Made by a program: the position numbers and the translations under genes | From: Sminthopsis crassicaudata | Lineage: Eukaryota | Assembly (NCBI RefSeq): GCF_048593235.1 | Contig: NC_133618.1 | Location: 676,060,361 to 676,124,360 of the forward strand | DNA length: 64,000 nt | Direction of reading: 5' to 3' | In this document: in pieces, positions 13,135 through 25,192 of the stretch | Layout: every line of letters starts with the position of its first letter | How positions within the stretch are numbered: the stretch's first letter is position 1 | The notes under the pieces: model-generated | Databases searched by the model: none | The model's input: only the letters and a program-made list of their open reading frames with translations | Told to the model about the DNA's origin: nothing

Positions 13135-13330
13135 TTTATTTTTTTTATAATATTATCCCTTGTATTCATTTTTCCAAATTCCCCCCCCCTCCCTCCATTC
13201 CCTCCCCCCGATGGCAGGCAATCCCATACATTTTACATGTGTTACAGTATAACCTAGATACAATACATGTGTGTAAATCCCATTTTCTTGTTGCACATTA
13301 AGTATTAGATTCCGAAGGTACAAGTAAACT
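13135..13330 (-). mobile_element. 5'-truncated young L1 3'-end insertion with 15-bp target-site duplication
   Basis: CTGCCCTGTACTTTA occurs at 13120-13134 and 13331-13345. There is a T-rich tail on the left and a TTT/AAAA endonuclease-type site. The body resembles recalled dasyurid L1 3' UTR sequence. Confidence 0.8.
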
Positions 13331-13551
13331 CTGCCCTGTACTTTAAAATAAGAGCTACTCTTGAAGAATATTTTGCATTAGATCATTACTGGGAGGTGGA
13401 AATTCCTTTGATGGCTGCATTTAGGCAAACAGCCCTCATTTGTCTGGATCTGAAAATTCTGAATCTTGAATCTATCCCTTCTTATTCTTTGACCCTCTGA
13501 CAGCATTGCTTTTTGATTGATAAGTCAAGGATGCGGGTTCTTACATGGTTC

Positions 13552-15927
13552 TCCCTTCCATATCCAGAAATAATATTTGTAGAGCACTTAGGTCAGTGTC
13601 TGGCACATAGTAGGTGCTCTATAAATGCTAGCTATTATCATGTGCATTACCTAAGTTCCTTACCCTCAGTCCCCTCCGTATCCAGAAATAATATTTGTAG
13701 AGCACTTAGGTCAGTGTCTGGCACATAGTAGGTGCTCTATAAATGCTAGCTATTATCATGTGCATTACCTAAGTTCCTTACCCTCAGTCCCCTCCGTATC
13801 CAGAAATAATATTTGTAGAGCACTTAGGTCAGTGTCTGGCACATAGTAGGTGCTCTATAAATGCTAGCTATTATCATGTGCATTACCTAAGTTCCTTACC
13901 CTCAGTCCCCTCCGTATCCAGAAATAATATTTGTAGAGCACTTAGGTCAGTGTCTGGCACATAGTAGGTGCTCTATAAATGCTAGCTATTATCATGTGCA
14001 TTACCTAAGTTCCTTACCCTCAGTCCCCTCCGTATCCAGAAATAATATTTGTAGAGCACTTAGGTCAGTGTCTGGCACATAGTAGGTGCTCTATAAATGC
14101 TAGCTATTATCATGTGCATTACCTAAGTTCCTTACCCTCAGTCCCCTCCGTATCCAGAAATAATATTTGTAGAGCACTTAGGTCAGTGTCTGGCACATAG
14201 TAGGTGCTCTATAAATGCTAGCTATTATCATGTGCATTACCTAAGTTCCTTACCCTCAGTCCTCTCAGTATCCAGAAATAATATTTGTAGAGCACTTAGG
14301 TCAGTGTCTGGCACATAGTAGGTGCTCTATAAATGCTAGCTATTATCATGTGCATTACCTAAGTTCCTTACCCTCAGTCCTCTCAGTATCCAGAAATAAT
14401 ATTTGTAGAGCACTTAGGTCAGTGTCTGGCACATAGTAGGTGCTCTATAAATGCTAGCTATTATCATGTGCATTACCTAAGTTCCTTACCCTCAGTCCCC
14501 TCAGTATCCAGAAATAATATTTGTAGAGCACTTAGGTCAGTGTCTGGCACATAGTAGGTGCTCTATAAATGCTAGCTATTATCATGTGCATTACCTAAGT
14601 TCCTTACCCTCAGTCCCCTCCGTATCCAGAAATAATATTTGTAGAGCACTTAGGTCAGTGTCTGGCACATAGTAGGTGCTCTATAAATGCTAGCTATTAT
14701 CATGTGCATTACCTAAGTTCCTTACCTTCAGTCCTCTCAGTATCCAGAAATAATATTTGTAGAGCACTTAGGTCAGTGTCTGGCACATAGTAGGTGCTCT
14801 ATAAATGCTAGCTATTATCATGTGCATTACCTAAGTTCCTTACCCTCAGTCCCCTCTGTATCCAGAAATAATGTTTGTAGAGCACTTAGGTCAGTGTCTG
14901 GCACATAGTAGGTGCTCTATAAATGCTAGCTATTATCATGTGCATTACCTAAGTTCCTTACCCTCAGTCCCCTCCGTATCCAGAAATAATATTTGTAGAG
15001 CACTTAGGTCAGTGTCTGGCACATAGTAGGTGCTCTATAAATGCTAGCTATTATCATGTGCATTACCTAAGTTCCTTACCCTCAGTCCCCTCCGTATCCA
15101 GAAATAATATTTGTAGAGCACTTAGGTCAGTGTCTGGCACATAGTAGGTGCTCTATAAATGCTAGCTATTATCATGTGCATTACCTAAGTTCCTTACCCT
15201 CAGTCCCCTCCGTATCCAGAAATAATATTTGTAGAGCACTTAGGTCAGTGTCTGGCACATAGTAGGTGCTCTATAAATGCTAGCTATTATCATGTGCATT
15301 ACCTAAGTTCCTTACCCTCAGTCCTCTCAGTATCCAGAAATAATATTTGTAGAGCACTTAGGTCAGTGTCTGGCACATAGTAGGTGCTCTATAAATGCTA
15401 GCTATTATCATGTGCATTACCTAAGTTCCTTACCCTCAGTCCTCTCAGTATCCAGAAATAATATTTGTAGAGCACTTAGGTCAGTGTCTGGCACATAGTA
15501 GGTGCTCTATAAATGCTAGCTATTATCATGTGCATTACCTAAGTTCCTTACCCTCAGTCCCCTCAGTATCCAGAAATAATATTTGTAGAGCACTTAGGTC
15601 AGTGTCTGGCACATAGTAGGTGCTCTATAAATGCTAGCTATTATCATGTGCATTACCTAAGTTCCTTACCCTCAGTCCCCTCCGTATCCAGAAATAATAT
15701 TTGTAGAGCACTTAGGTCAGTGTCTGGCACATAGTAGGTGCTCTATAAATGCTAGCTATTATCATGTGCATTACCTAAGTTCCTTACCTTCAGTCCTCTC
15801 AGTATCCAGAAATAATATTTGTAGAACACTTAGGTCAGTGTCTGGCACATAGTAGGTGCTCTATAAATGCTAGCTATTATCATGAGCATTACCTAACATT
15901 CCTTGCCCTAAGTCCCCTCCATATCCA
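13552..15927 (+). repeat. 118-bp tandem array, 20 copies, built on a MIR/L2 3' tail
   Basis: TATCCAGAAA recurs every 118 bp from 13561 to 15803. The unit contains ATTTGTAGAGCACTTAGGTCAGTGTCTGGCACATAGTAGGTGCTCTATAAATGCTAGCTATTAT, matching the MIR/L2 terminal consensus. Confidence 0.98.
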
Positions 15928-16680
15928 CTGAAAAGGAAGCTGCACTTTGTCACTCTTCTCCAAGGCCAGCTTTGGTCTTGGCAATTTAAAGTATTAGTTC
16001 ATTCTTTCATCTCTGTTCCTTTTCTCTCTTTCTCTCTTTTCCATTTCTTTGAAAAGCCTTGATCTCTATTAAATAAGGATGAATGCCTTCTTGGGCTCCC
16101 CCTCTCCCAGTCGCTGTCACCTGTGTACCTTCAAAAGTAATGTCTGACAAAGCTGAATTGGACCTTCTGGAGGTTTTCTCTCTCCTCTCTCTTGTTCCTT
16201 CGTTCCTCCGTCATTTATGGACAACCCACCATCTGGTTATTAGTTTTGGGAGAGTGTAGTGTTCTGGGACAACGTGGCAGATTCATAGGTTTATGGAAAT
16301 GCGGCGTCATCATGGAGGAGACGGGAAGCAGGTGGCGAGCCCTGGGCCCGCCCAGGACCCCTGGGATGCCAGGCCTGGGAAGGGGCGCTCCGAGCCTCTG
16401 TCCAGGAGCTGGGTTTCCATGTTTCCTGTATCTCATCAGCTGCCTTTGTAACTGTATTTTATCTCATGCATTTGCAAAGTTTCCCAAGTGGTTTTGTTCT
16501 CCACATCCCAAACAATCCCTCCAGAGCACAGGCATTAGGTTAAGGAGGAATTTCGGCTTGTGAGGGTATCCCCTGAGGGATTCCTTGGGTTGTGTCTGGT
16601 AAGGTAACGGACCAGAATGCTCTGGAATGCTGTTGTGATCATTGATGAGATCGTGGGTCTCCTTCCAGTCCAAATCTGCC

Positions 16681-16788
16681 AGCATTTATTAAGCTCTTAG
16701 TGTTTACCAGACTGTTGCTAGGCACTGGGGCAATACAGACAAAACAAGTAAAAATTAGCCCTGCTGCCAGCGCTTACCTTCTCCTGGG
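16681..16788 (-). mobile_element. L2 LINE 3' fragment
   Basis: AGCATTTATTAAGC...TGTTGCTAGGCACTGGGG...ACAGACAAAAC is the typical reverse-strand L2 terminus. Confidence 0.65.
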
Positions 16789-18250
16789 CAGATCTTGGTG
16801 CTAGTAGCTGACATTACAAAAGCATCGATGGCTGACAGAGCGCTTTCCATATATTCTCGGCTTATTTAGTCTTCACAGAAACCTTCTGACCCCTGCAGTC
16901 CTGTAACTATTCCTGGTGTAAAGATGTAAAGACAGAGGTAGGACATTTAGGAAGTGCCGGCTGCGTCCCTGGAAGAGACGTGGAAATGGAGGTGGAGGGA
17001 AAGTGCGGCGATGTGGTCTGGGTCCCAAAGCGTCCGGGGTCCACGTGGGTTCTCTCCGGCCTCGTGTCTGGAACTCAGTGCGCTAGTCTACTCTGTCTTG
17101 GTTTGAGGAGGCAGAGAGCACTAACATCGGGGGATTAAGAACAGCCTCAGTCCACATTCTTGCCCGGATTTGACTCCCAGCTCAGTTCCAAGAGGCTTCT
17201 GGGAAGCCCGATCTGATCCCCTGATCTCTCTTTCCTCCTCAAATCATCTCCTGTTCTGTCTCATCCCTTCCCTCAGAACATAAACCCCTTGGGCCAGGGT
17301 TCTGTCCTCTGTGCCCGGCTCCATAGAGGTTGCCATAGTCAGCTGACTTGCACTCACAAAGGAAGAGCAATATATGCAAATGTCTATCGTCCCAGAAGTT
17401 ATTTCTCACTTTTCCTTTAGGATTTACCTGGGGAGGTAGGTGGGGGTGGGGAGCAGATGAGCCCAAGCTAAATGAAGTTCTCAGTTGGCTGAAAAATAGG
17501 ATGATTTCTCTATTAAATGATGTATCCACGAGAAGATAAATGGAGAGCATCCCCCATTTAGATGAGCTCTTCCTGTCTGATTCTCATTAAAAGTGTTAAT
17601 TGTTATCTTGGTGCATTATAATGAGAGCCAGGTTATTAAAGATCCCTTTATGGGTCATTTGTTTCCTTTGCCTTTGCAAACTCCAAATGAAAAAACACAT
17701 TGCTCCGTGTTCATAAAAGCAAATGTTTTAAATGGATAAAGCTACTCTCGTGGCCACGTTGGGCCGGAGCTCGGCTCTTGTAAGATGGCCAGATGTTTTG
17801 CTCGGGCGTTGAGAAGTCAGTAAGGATGCCTGCCGAACATCTCTTTATTAAGATGAATATGTTATCGTCTGCATTGCGCTTTGGACCTGGGCAGCAGCCG
17901 GTGAGCAGATGTCGAAATCCTGTTGACTCTAATTGTGTATCCCAGTCATGAAGGCGCCCGGACTGTCCTAGGCCCTTCAGCTGACTTTTATTGAAGCTTT
18001 TCTGCATGCCGGGCGCTGTCCTTGGGTGCCAAGGCAAAAGGGAGACTTTTTGTGCCCTCGAGGAACATACTTTTTACTGGTGGAGACAACATAGGCAGAG
18101 ATAAGTTCCTACCCAATAGATACAGAGTCAAGACCAAAATGATTCCAGGACAGTGGAGCACCCTGACAGGAGAGCTCAGAAGGGTGTACGAAAGGCCACT
18201 GATTTAGGCTTTGAAGCAAAGCAGCCATTATTCTTCTCTCAAATAATATC

Positions 18251-18595
18251 TTAGTTTTCAAAATATGTGCAAAGGTAGTTTTTCAACATTCATCTTTGCA
18301 AAACCTTGTGTTCCAAATTTTTTCTCCCTCACCCCTTTCCCCTAGACAGAAAATAATCCATATGCAATTCTTCTAAACATATTTCCACGTTTATCATGCT
18401 GCACAAGAAAAATCAGATCAAAAAGGAAAAAATGGGAGAAAAAAAGAGCAAACAAATAACAACAAAAAAGATAAAACTCTGCGTTGTGATCCACACTTGT
18501 TCCCCTCGATCTTCTCTCTGGATGTCAGTAGCTCTCTCCATCATAAGACCATGGAAACTGGTCCAAATCATCTCATCTTTGGAAAGAGCCACGTA
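18251..18595 (-). mobile_element. Older marsupial L1 3' UTR fragment
   Basis: TTTTTCAACATTCATCTTTGCAAAACCTTGTGTTCCAAATTTTTCTCCCTC...CATGCTGCACAAGAAAAATCAGATCAAAAAGGAAAA resembles recalled Australian marsupial L1 3' ends. Confidence 0.7.
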
Positions 18596-18939
18596 TCAGG
18601 CCTTCTTCAAGGTAGCCATGAGCGTTCTGGGCTTGGAGGAAAACCTGTGCACAAACAGGAATGTGCTACGAGTCCCTCTATGACCCACCCCCCTCAGCGC
18701 CGTCACCCCACAACCAAGTGGGTGCTCTGTAATTACATCGTGATCCTGGAGTAGCTGGCTAGGTCTTGGGGGACTTTTTGAAGCTGCTGAGGAGGAAAAT
18801 GTGCTTCCTGATCTCTGAGATGGGTGATGGACTACAGTTAATAAAGGCTGAACTTAGACTTTTATTGTCATGAACTTTTTATGAAATGTCACCCCAATAA
18901 ATAGCCAAGAAAGTGGCAGATTCTGGGGGTCCGGGCACT

Positions 18940-20130
18940 TTCACTTATGAGCTATGGAGTCTGGAAGGGTGCAAGGCTGCAGGCTGTGAAGAAGGCTTTA
19001 CACTTGTGGGGAGAGGATCGGGAGCTACTGGAGTCACTGAGCATGTGCAGCATGGGCGAGCCTGCTAGGCGGATCATAGAGATGAGGCAGGGCCCCCCCC
19101 CCAGGCTCTGGAAGCAATCCAAGGGTGAGGTGATGGGGGTCCCGAACAAGATGGCCGATGAGTGAAGGGAAGGAGAGACATACAAGAGCTGCTGTGGTGG
19201 TCAAAATGATGAGAACTGGCAGCAGACTGGATATGGGGGGGGGCAAGTGAGGAGACCCCACAATTGTGAGCTGAGGGAAGCGGGAGGATTGTGGGTCCTT
19301 CAGAATAAAAGGGAATTGGGGAGAGGGCGGGGCTTTCTCTTTGGGATATGTCTACAGGACGTGTGTCTCCATGTCCAAGAAGCCATTGGTGATAGGACCT
19401 GAGGTCAGGAGAGAGTATAGGCTGGAAAAATGGCTCAGAAATCCCTCTGCACAGACGTGAGGCTGACGGAGTCTTCAGCTGCTTAAGAGGGAGAGCGGAA
19501 CAGATTTCTCCATCAAGGAGTCATCTGCGTAGGGATGAAGGTCGGACCCACGGGAGCCAAGGAGATCTTCAAGTGAGGCCCTGGAGAGGAGAAAATCAAG
19601 CTGTCCCGGGATGGAGCTTTGGATGCGGTCAGTGGGAGAGACATGGATGAGAAGCTGGCAAGAGTCTGAGGAGCGGCCAGCAAAATGGGAAGGGACAGGC
19701 AGAGGTCACAGGGACAAACGGGAAGGGAACTGGAGAGACCAAGGTCACATGTACCCAGAGAGGAGAGAATATTTAGCAATGGTGGTGGTCATCAGGTGAA
19801 GAGAAGCCCACTGAGGAAGGAGGAAGGGCGTCAGCTGTGCTCATGAAGACGTCACTGGCGCATTTGGAAAGAGCAGTTTCAGCTGGAGGATGACCAGTTG
19901 ACCCGCACTTTTTAAGCTCTTATGTACCAGACTCGGGGCTGTCCACTGGAGAGGAAAAGAAAAAGCCAAAAATAGGAATCAGATAGCAGAAGGTTCAGGA
20001 GAGCAGGAAGAAAAGAGGTCAGAGAGCCGTTAAACCCTGATGCTTTTCCCGGGAATTTGGCTGGGAAAAGGCGAGAGAGCTCGAGAAAGGGGACTCTGGA
20101 GATCAAAAACAGCTTTGTGGAGACTTGGTG
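18940..20130 (-). mobile_element. Degraded L2 LINE segment
   Basis: Purine-rich motifs typical of antisense L2, e.g. GCAATCCAAGGGTGAGGTGATG and TTTGGAAAGAGCAGTTTCAGCTGGAGGATGA. Boundaries are approximate. Confidence 0.55.
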
Positions 20131-22000
20131 ATCGTGGACTGCGAGGAGCAAGAAGTGGGCAGGGCCCGAGAGGGTTGGGGGAAGGAAGGTTGGCGGGGGC
20201 GGCGCTCCATGGCACGGCGGGCACGGCGAATCGAGCACGTCCCATCCCATTCACAACCATGCGTGGCGCGTGGGGGGAGCACTTTCCTGGCTCCATTTCT
20301 CCAACGGTCCCTCAGTTTCCTGTTTTATCTTTGCCCTCCGCTCCAGGCTAGTGAGGGTGACGTCCTCTGCCTTCTCTCTAGGGGAAACAAGGCATTAAAA
20401 GCGTCCAGAAACAGAGCAGAGCCTGGGCTGGCCATAAAGGGGACCCGGCCAGGGGCTCTCCCCAGCCTCGCATGCATTGGGCGGGCGTCCTGTGGCAGAC
20501 TTGGGGGTGTGAGTGAGAATCTCGCCAGAGGGCCCAGTGTGAGGGGGTCACAATCTGCCTGTGAAGATGAGGTCACTAAACTATTTGAGTAATGGAGACT
20601 GGGCCATGGAGTCTCCCCAAACCCCGGCCAGCTGGGCCTGTACTTACACATTCAGAGGTTGCAAAGAGCTAGGACTTGGAGTTGGAGGCCCTGAGTTCGA
20701 ATCCCAGCTCCTGTTTGCCCTGGCTCTGGGACGGAGTCACCGGCTGCCTCCCTCTAGGAGTGGATGGAGGCTGCTCCCGCTGCCCTTAGGCCCCAAATAG
20801 TGAATTCTGCTGCGGCCCCTCAGGCGGGAACAGCCCTGACTTTGGGTCCTGGACGGGCCGCGCAGCCTGCAGGGCCTCTGGGCCACTCTCCAAGGCCGGA
20901 TGGAGCCGGTCCACAGGGTGGGGGGGGCATTTCCTCCCCTGGGACACCTCTCCTGGGACAAATCACGGGACAGGCCTGGGCCTGATCGAGTGGGTAACTT
21001 AGTATTTATGTTTCCTTTTCTTGGGATCATTCTGAGAAAATACAGAGGAAGCAAAATGTCCCGTGAGACCTTGGTGCTCCCTCCTTCCCCCTCGGAGGCC
21101 CAGCTCCTTCTTCCATAAAACGAAAGCCTTGGCCTAGACCGGGGGCTTCATGCCGGGTTTGCGCCTCCTCATCTTCCTTTGGAACCCATTTCTTTTATGC
21201 ATTAAAAGAGTTATTCTGAGATCGTGTCCCCGTGCACGTCTGTGGTCAGCCAGAGGGCCCAGAAACATGGGAAGGAAGCTAGAGGAGGCGACTGCTGAGT
21301 GCTCTTGTATCTGGGATGCGGATCTCCTGCAGGGTCCGGGACAGACAGGACGCCCAGGCAGAAAGACGCCGGCCTAGTCAGTGGGGCTGGAAGGATGGCC
21401 GGAGGGGCCCAGCTCGGGCACTGGGCAAGGAGCCCAGGCCTCCAGGGCCCAGCCCAGGCGCCTCTTGGGGGGCTTTCCACTTACTCTTTCTTTACAATTG
21501 CTTTAGACACATTTACTTTGTGCATCTTTTATATTTATTTCTGCAAGCGTGGCAGTCTCACCTTGGCATTGGTAGCAGGGGTTAGTTAGCCTTGCTTCTG
21601 TCACAAAGCTCTGAGAGGAAAACACTCTCTGTCTCTGTCTCTCTCTGTCTCTGTCTCTCTTTGTCTCTGTCTCTCTTTTGTCTCTCCCTGTCTCTGTTTC
21701 TTCTTTTCACTCTCTCTCTGCCTTTTTCTGTCTCTCTCCCCATTTATTTATTCATTCATTATTCTGTGACATTTATTTGTTTGCACACTCATTCCCTATT
21801 TGATTTTTGCACACTTTGTTACCTTCCACACCACGCCTGGGACGTGGGACCCATGGACCACAGATTTGGGGTCACTTGACCCTCTGCTTGTCAGGGTGCT
21901 GATGTCCCAATCATTCTCCCCAATTTTAGGGTTAGAGTTCCCGAGCCTCGGACAAGTGAAAAGCCTTCGCTCGCTCCCCACTCTTCTCCGTCCTATAAAT

Positions 22001-22233
22001 GTTGTTTTGTTGTTTCTGACGGTGACCCCTCATTATCCCTCCTCCCTTTTTGTTTTTGGCAAAGGTACTGAAGGGATTTGCCATTTTTCTCCAGCTCATT
22101 TTACAAATTCAGAAACTGAGGCAAACTGTGTGAAATAGTTTGTGGAGGTCACCCAGCTAGACGTGTTTGGGACTGGATTTGAACTCAGGAAGACGAGTGT
22201 TCTTGACGCTAGACTTGCGCTCTGTGGTGCCCC
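22001..22233 (-). mobile_element. Mar1-type marsupial SINE
   Basis: TTTTTGGCAAAGGTACTGAAGGGATTTGCCATTTTTCTCCAGCTCATTTTACAAATTCAGAAACTGAGGCAAAC...GGATTTGAACTCAGG. Confidence 0.75.
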
Positions 22234-22383
22234 AAATGAGCTTAAAAGCAGAACCCTGTGGCCTCCGAGAGTTGGCCCTGCCTCCCAATGGAGTTAAGAG
22301 AACGGTGCTTTGTGGTCCTTAAGAAGGGGTGCACTTGTTTTCCCCCTGCGCCTCCTAAAGCGTGTCCTGCTCTTTCCGCCCAG

Positions 22384-22511
22384 ACTGCCGAGAGATCCTG
22401 CTCCCCATGATGACGGAGCAGCTGAAGTATCACCTGGAGAGGCAGGAGGACCTGGAGGCCTGCTGTCAGCTGCTCAGTAACATTCTGGAGGTGCTCTACC
22501 GGAACGACGTG
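22384..22511 (+). CDS. DOCK1: DOCK1 (DOCK180) internal coding exon, 128 nt, (D)CREILLPMMTEQLKYHLERQEDLEACCQLLSNILEVLYRNDV
   Basis: Polypyrimidine tract plus CAG acceptor at 22381-22383 and GTGAGT donor at 22512. The peptide is nearly identical to recalled human DOCK1 and is in frame with the next exon. Confidence 0.97.
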
Positions 22512-23092
22512 GTGAGTGGGACCGTGTGGGCCGGCCGCGGCGGGGAGCGGGGACGGAGCCTGCCTCCGTCTGGGCTTTGGGGTCGGGCCCATGAGTGAGG
22601 GATGGAACCTCCTTCCCTGAGGCCGGGGGCGCCAGGCCGGGGTCCCCCAGCCGGGCCGTGTCAGAGGCGGATCACTGCAGCCCAAGGTCACTCTGCTCTC
22701 CATTGTCCCATACTTCCCCCACTAAATTATAGCCGTTACAGCCATTGATTTAAAAAGTGACCCAGTCTGGAAATGCTTAATTGGTTGACTAATGAAAGAT
22801 CATAAAAATTACACCCTTTGAATGGATCTATTCTTTATTATTTTTAAGATTTGCTTAAATCAAATTCCTGCAATTATACAACAAATTATCATTAATGAGC
22901 TAGAATTAATAAAATGGCTTGGACTTTCTTTGTGTGGGCTTTTGCCTTTGACAGGGGCCATTTTTCATCTTGTTAAGGGTTCTAATTGATTTACTTTTAA
23001 GTGGGTGAAAGATTTCATAGCAAACATCAGGGCTGGAATTTTAACGACAGTCTTGTGGGGTTGATTGTCAGTGCTCTGTGCTTCTTGTCCAG

Positions 23093-23188
23093 GGACCCAC
23101 GCAGCGCCACGTTCAGCTCATCATGGAGAAGCTACTTCGGACCGTGAACCGAACCGTCATCTCCATGGGACGGGATTCTGAGCTCATC
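23093..23188 (+). CDS. DOCK1: DOCK1 internal coding exon, 96 nt, GPTQRHVQLIMEKLLRTVNRTVISMGRDSELI
   Basis: AG acceptor at 23091-23092 and GTGAGT donor at 23189. Continues the previous exon across a 581-nt intron and matches recalled DOCK1. Confidence 0.97.
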
Positions 23189-23221
23189 GTGAGTGGTTCC
23201 TGCTGTCGGCTCTGTGGGGGG

Positions 23222-23480
23222 GGTGATGATTTTGAGGATGAGGATGATGATGATAAGGATGGGGATGATGAGGATAAGGATGACGATGAGGATGAGGATG
23301 ATNNNNNNNNNNNNNNNNNNNNNNNNNNNNNNNNNNNNNNNNNNNNNNNNNNNNNNNNNNNNNNNNNNNNNNNNNNNNNNNNNNNNNNNNNNNNNNNNNN
23401 NNNNNNNNNNNNNNNNNNNNNNNNNNNNNNNNNNNNNNNNNNNNNNNNNNNNNNNNNNNNNNNNNNNNNNNNNNNNNNNN
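23222..23480 (+). repeat. (GAT/GAG)n-type trinucleotide repeat, partly N-masked
   Basis: GATGATTTTGAGGATGAGGATGATGATGATAAGGAT... runs into Ns at 23303-23480. Confidence 0.85.
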
Positions 23481-25192
23481 GGGGCCATTTTTCCATGATG
23501 AACAAATTTAAATCTTCATCACAGTGAGCAGACTTGATACTTTTATGATTGCTGTGGTTTCTGGAGTATGGTTTAGTGTTTATTTGTGACTTCAATTTGG
23601 AACTGAAATGGGCAGAGAACAACTGTGACCCAGATAAAACTGTCTCATCAAGTCAGCCCCAGGAAGCCGGCCTTTCCCAGATGCCCACGTGTGGCACGTC
23701 GGGCCGACCCTGCCATTCTGGTGCTCCAGGTCGGCTGCCTGCAATTGGCATGTGTCATGCTGGCCCGAGGCTGGGCGACACTGACGCCTTTCCCCCAGAC
23801 GTGGCAGGACAAGGCCGGCCCCCCCCAGGGGTCCTGGAGCTGCTCTGGGAGACTGCTTCGTGATGGTGTCAGTCCTCCTCATGGCTGATCACAGATGAGT
23901 GTGAAGAGTGGAATGAAAATCAGCAGTTGTGGCTCTTTTTCATCTTACTAAAGTAATTCATTGTAGCCGTGNNNNNNNNNNNNNNNNNNNNNNNNNNNNN
24001 NNNNNNNNNNNNNNNNNNNNNNNNNNNNNNNNNNNNNNNNNNNNNNNNNNNNNNNNNNNNNNNNNNNNNNNNNNNNNNNNNNNNNNNNNNNNNNNNNNNN
24101 NNNNNNNNNNNNNNNNNNNNNNNNNNNNNNNNNNNNNNNNNNNNNNNNNNNNNNNNNNNNNNNNNNNNNNNNNNNNNNNNNNTCTCTTCCTCCCTTTCCC
24201 CCCCTTCTCTCTCCCTCTCTTCTTTCCCTCTGTCTTCCTCCCTTCCCTTCCCACCCCAGTCTTTCTTTCCAAGCACAATTTGTGGGAAAGCTTGGCTGAA
24301 TTAGCATGTGAGAAGGCCGAGGCTTTGATTTCAAAGGCATTTTGGTCCAGGCTGAGTGTTCTCTCTTGCAGCTTGAATGTGCCATGTGTTGTATGTCAGT
24401 ATGCTAGATTATTTCTGGGTTTGGTACGATGGTTCTATGATGTTTCCAATTTTTTTCTACTTTTCTTGTGAAAGTAAATTTTCCTTACTCCTAATTTTCT
24501 ACTGTTGTTATTCTCTTCTCTGGTGCAAAAATGAATTTTCTGTCCTAAATTAAAGAGGAAGCTCAGCCCCAATCAGGAGGCTGTGTTTCTAGGCTGAAGC
24601 TGAGGCTTCTTTTGTATCTTGATGGGCCTTAGGATGGTTTTCTGAATATATCAACTCCAATTTCTGCTGCTGGTCCCCTTGGTACCTCAATATTGCTCCT
24701 TCACATGGGAATCCTTCCGGGGTACATTTAAAGGTTCCCATCCACTTCCTCTCTTTACCTTGTTCTCCTCCTTGCTATTGGGGGTATTTTGTGGTGAAAT
24801 AAGTTTCCCAATTCTACACTGTTCAGCCAGAGGAAGATGTATACTAAATAATGGTAGTATTTCCACCTTATTTTATAGGAGACGAGGAGAAGGGGAAACA
24901 GAGTCACTGGGCCAGTTCTGGAGAGGTCCATTTAATGTAGCTTAATTAACTACACAGAAATTTGATTAGAGATTGGCCAAAATATTGGGAACATTTTAGT
25001 TGGGCTTACTTTTTAGTGACGGTGCAGGAGGCTTTTATTATGAGTCTGGTATGACGGGCGACAGACTTGGGGCCGGAAGAGCTCTTAGAAGTGGGACAAT
25101 TCCAGCCCTTCATGTCACCGAGGCAGAAATTGAGTGTGAAAGAAGATAAATGACGGGTCATGTTAAAAATAACCGTTTACATTTCCTTAGAG

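Noticed and set aside
1-15927. Rsx-like repeat-rich lncRNA
   Set aside because: Rsx is X-linked and these arrays sit in an autosomal DOCK1 intron. No promoter, splice pattern or recognisable Rsx motif was seen.
10830-22383. Search for the preceding DOCK1 exon (ending about ...HSDLFTQH)
   Set aside because: No matching peptide with splice sites was found by eye. It probably lies left of the window.
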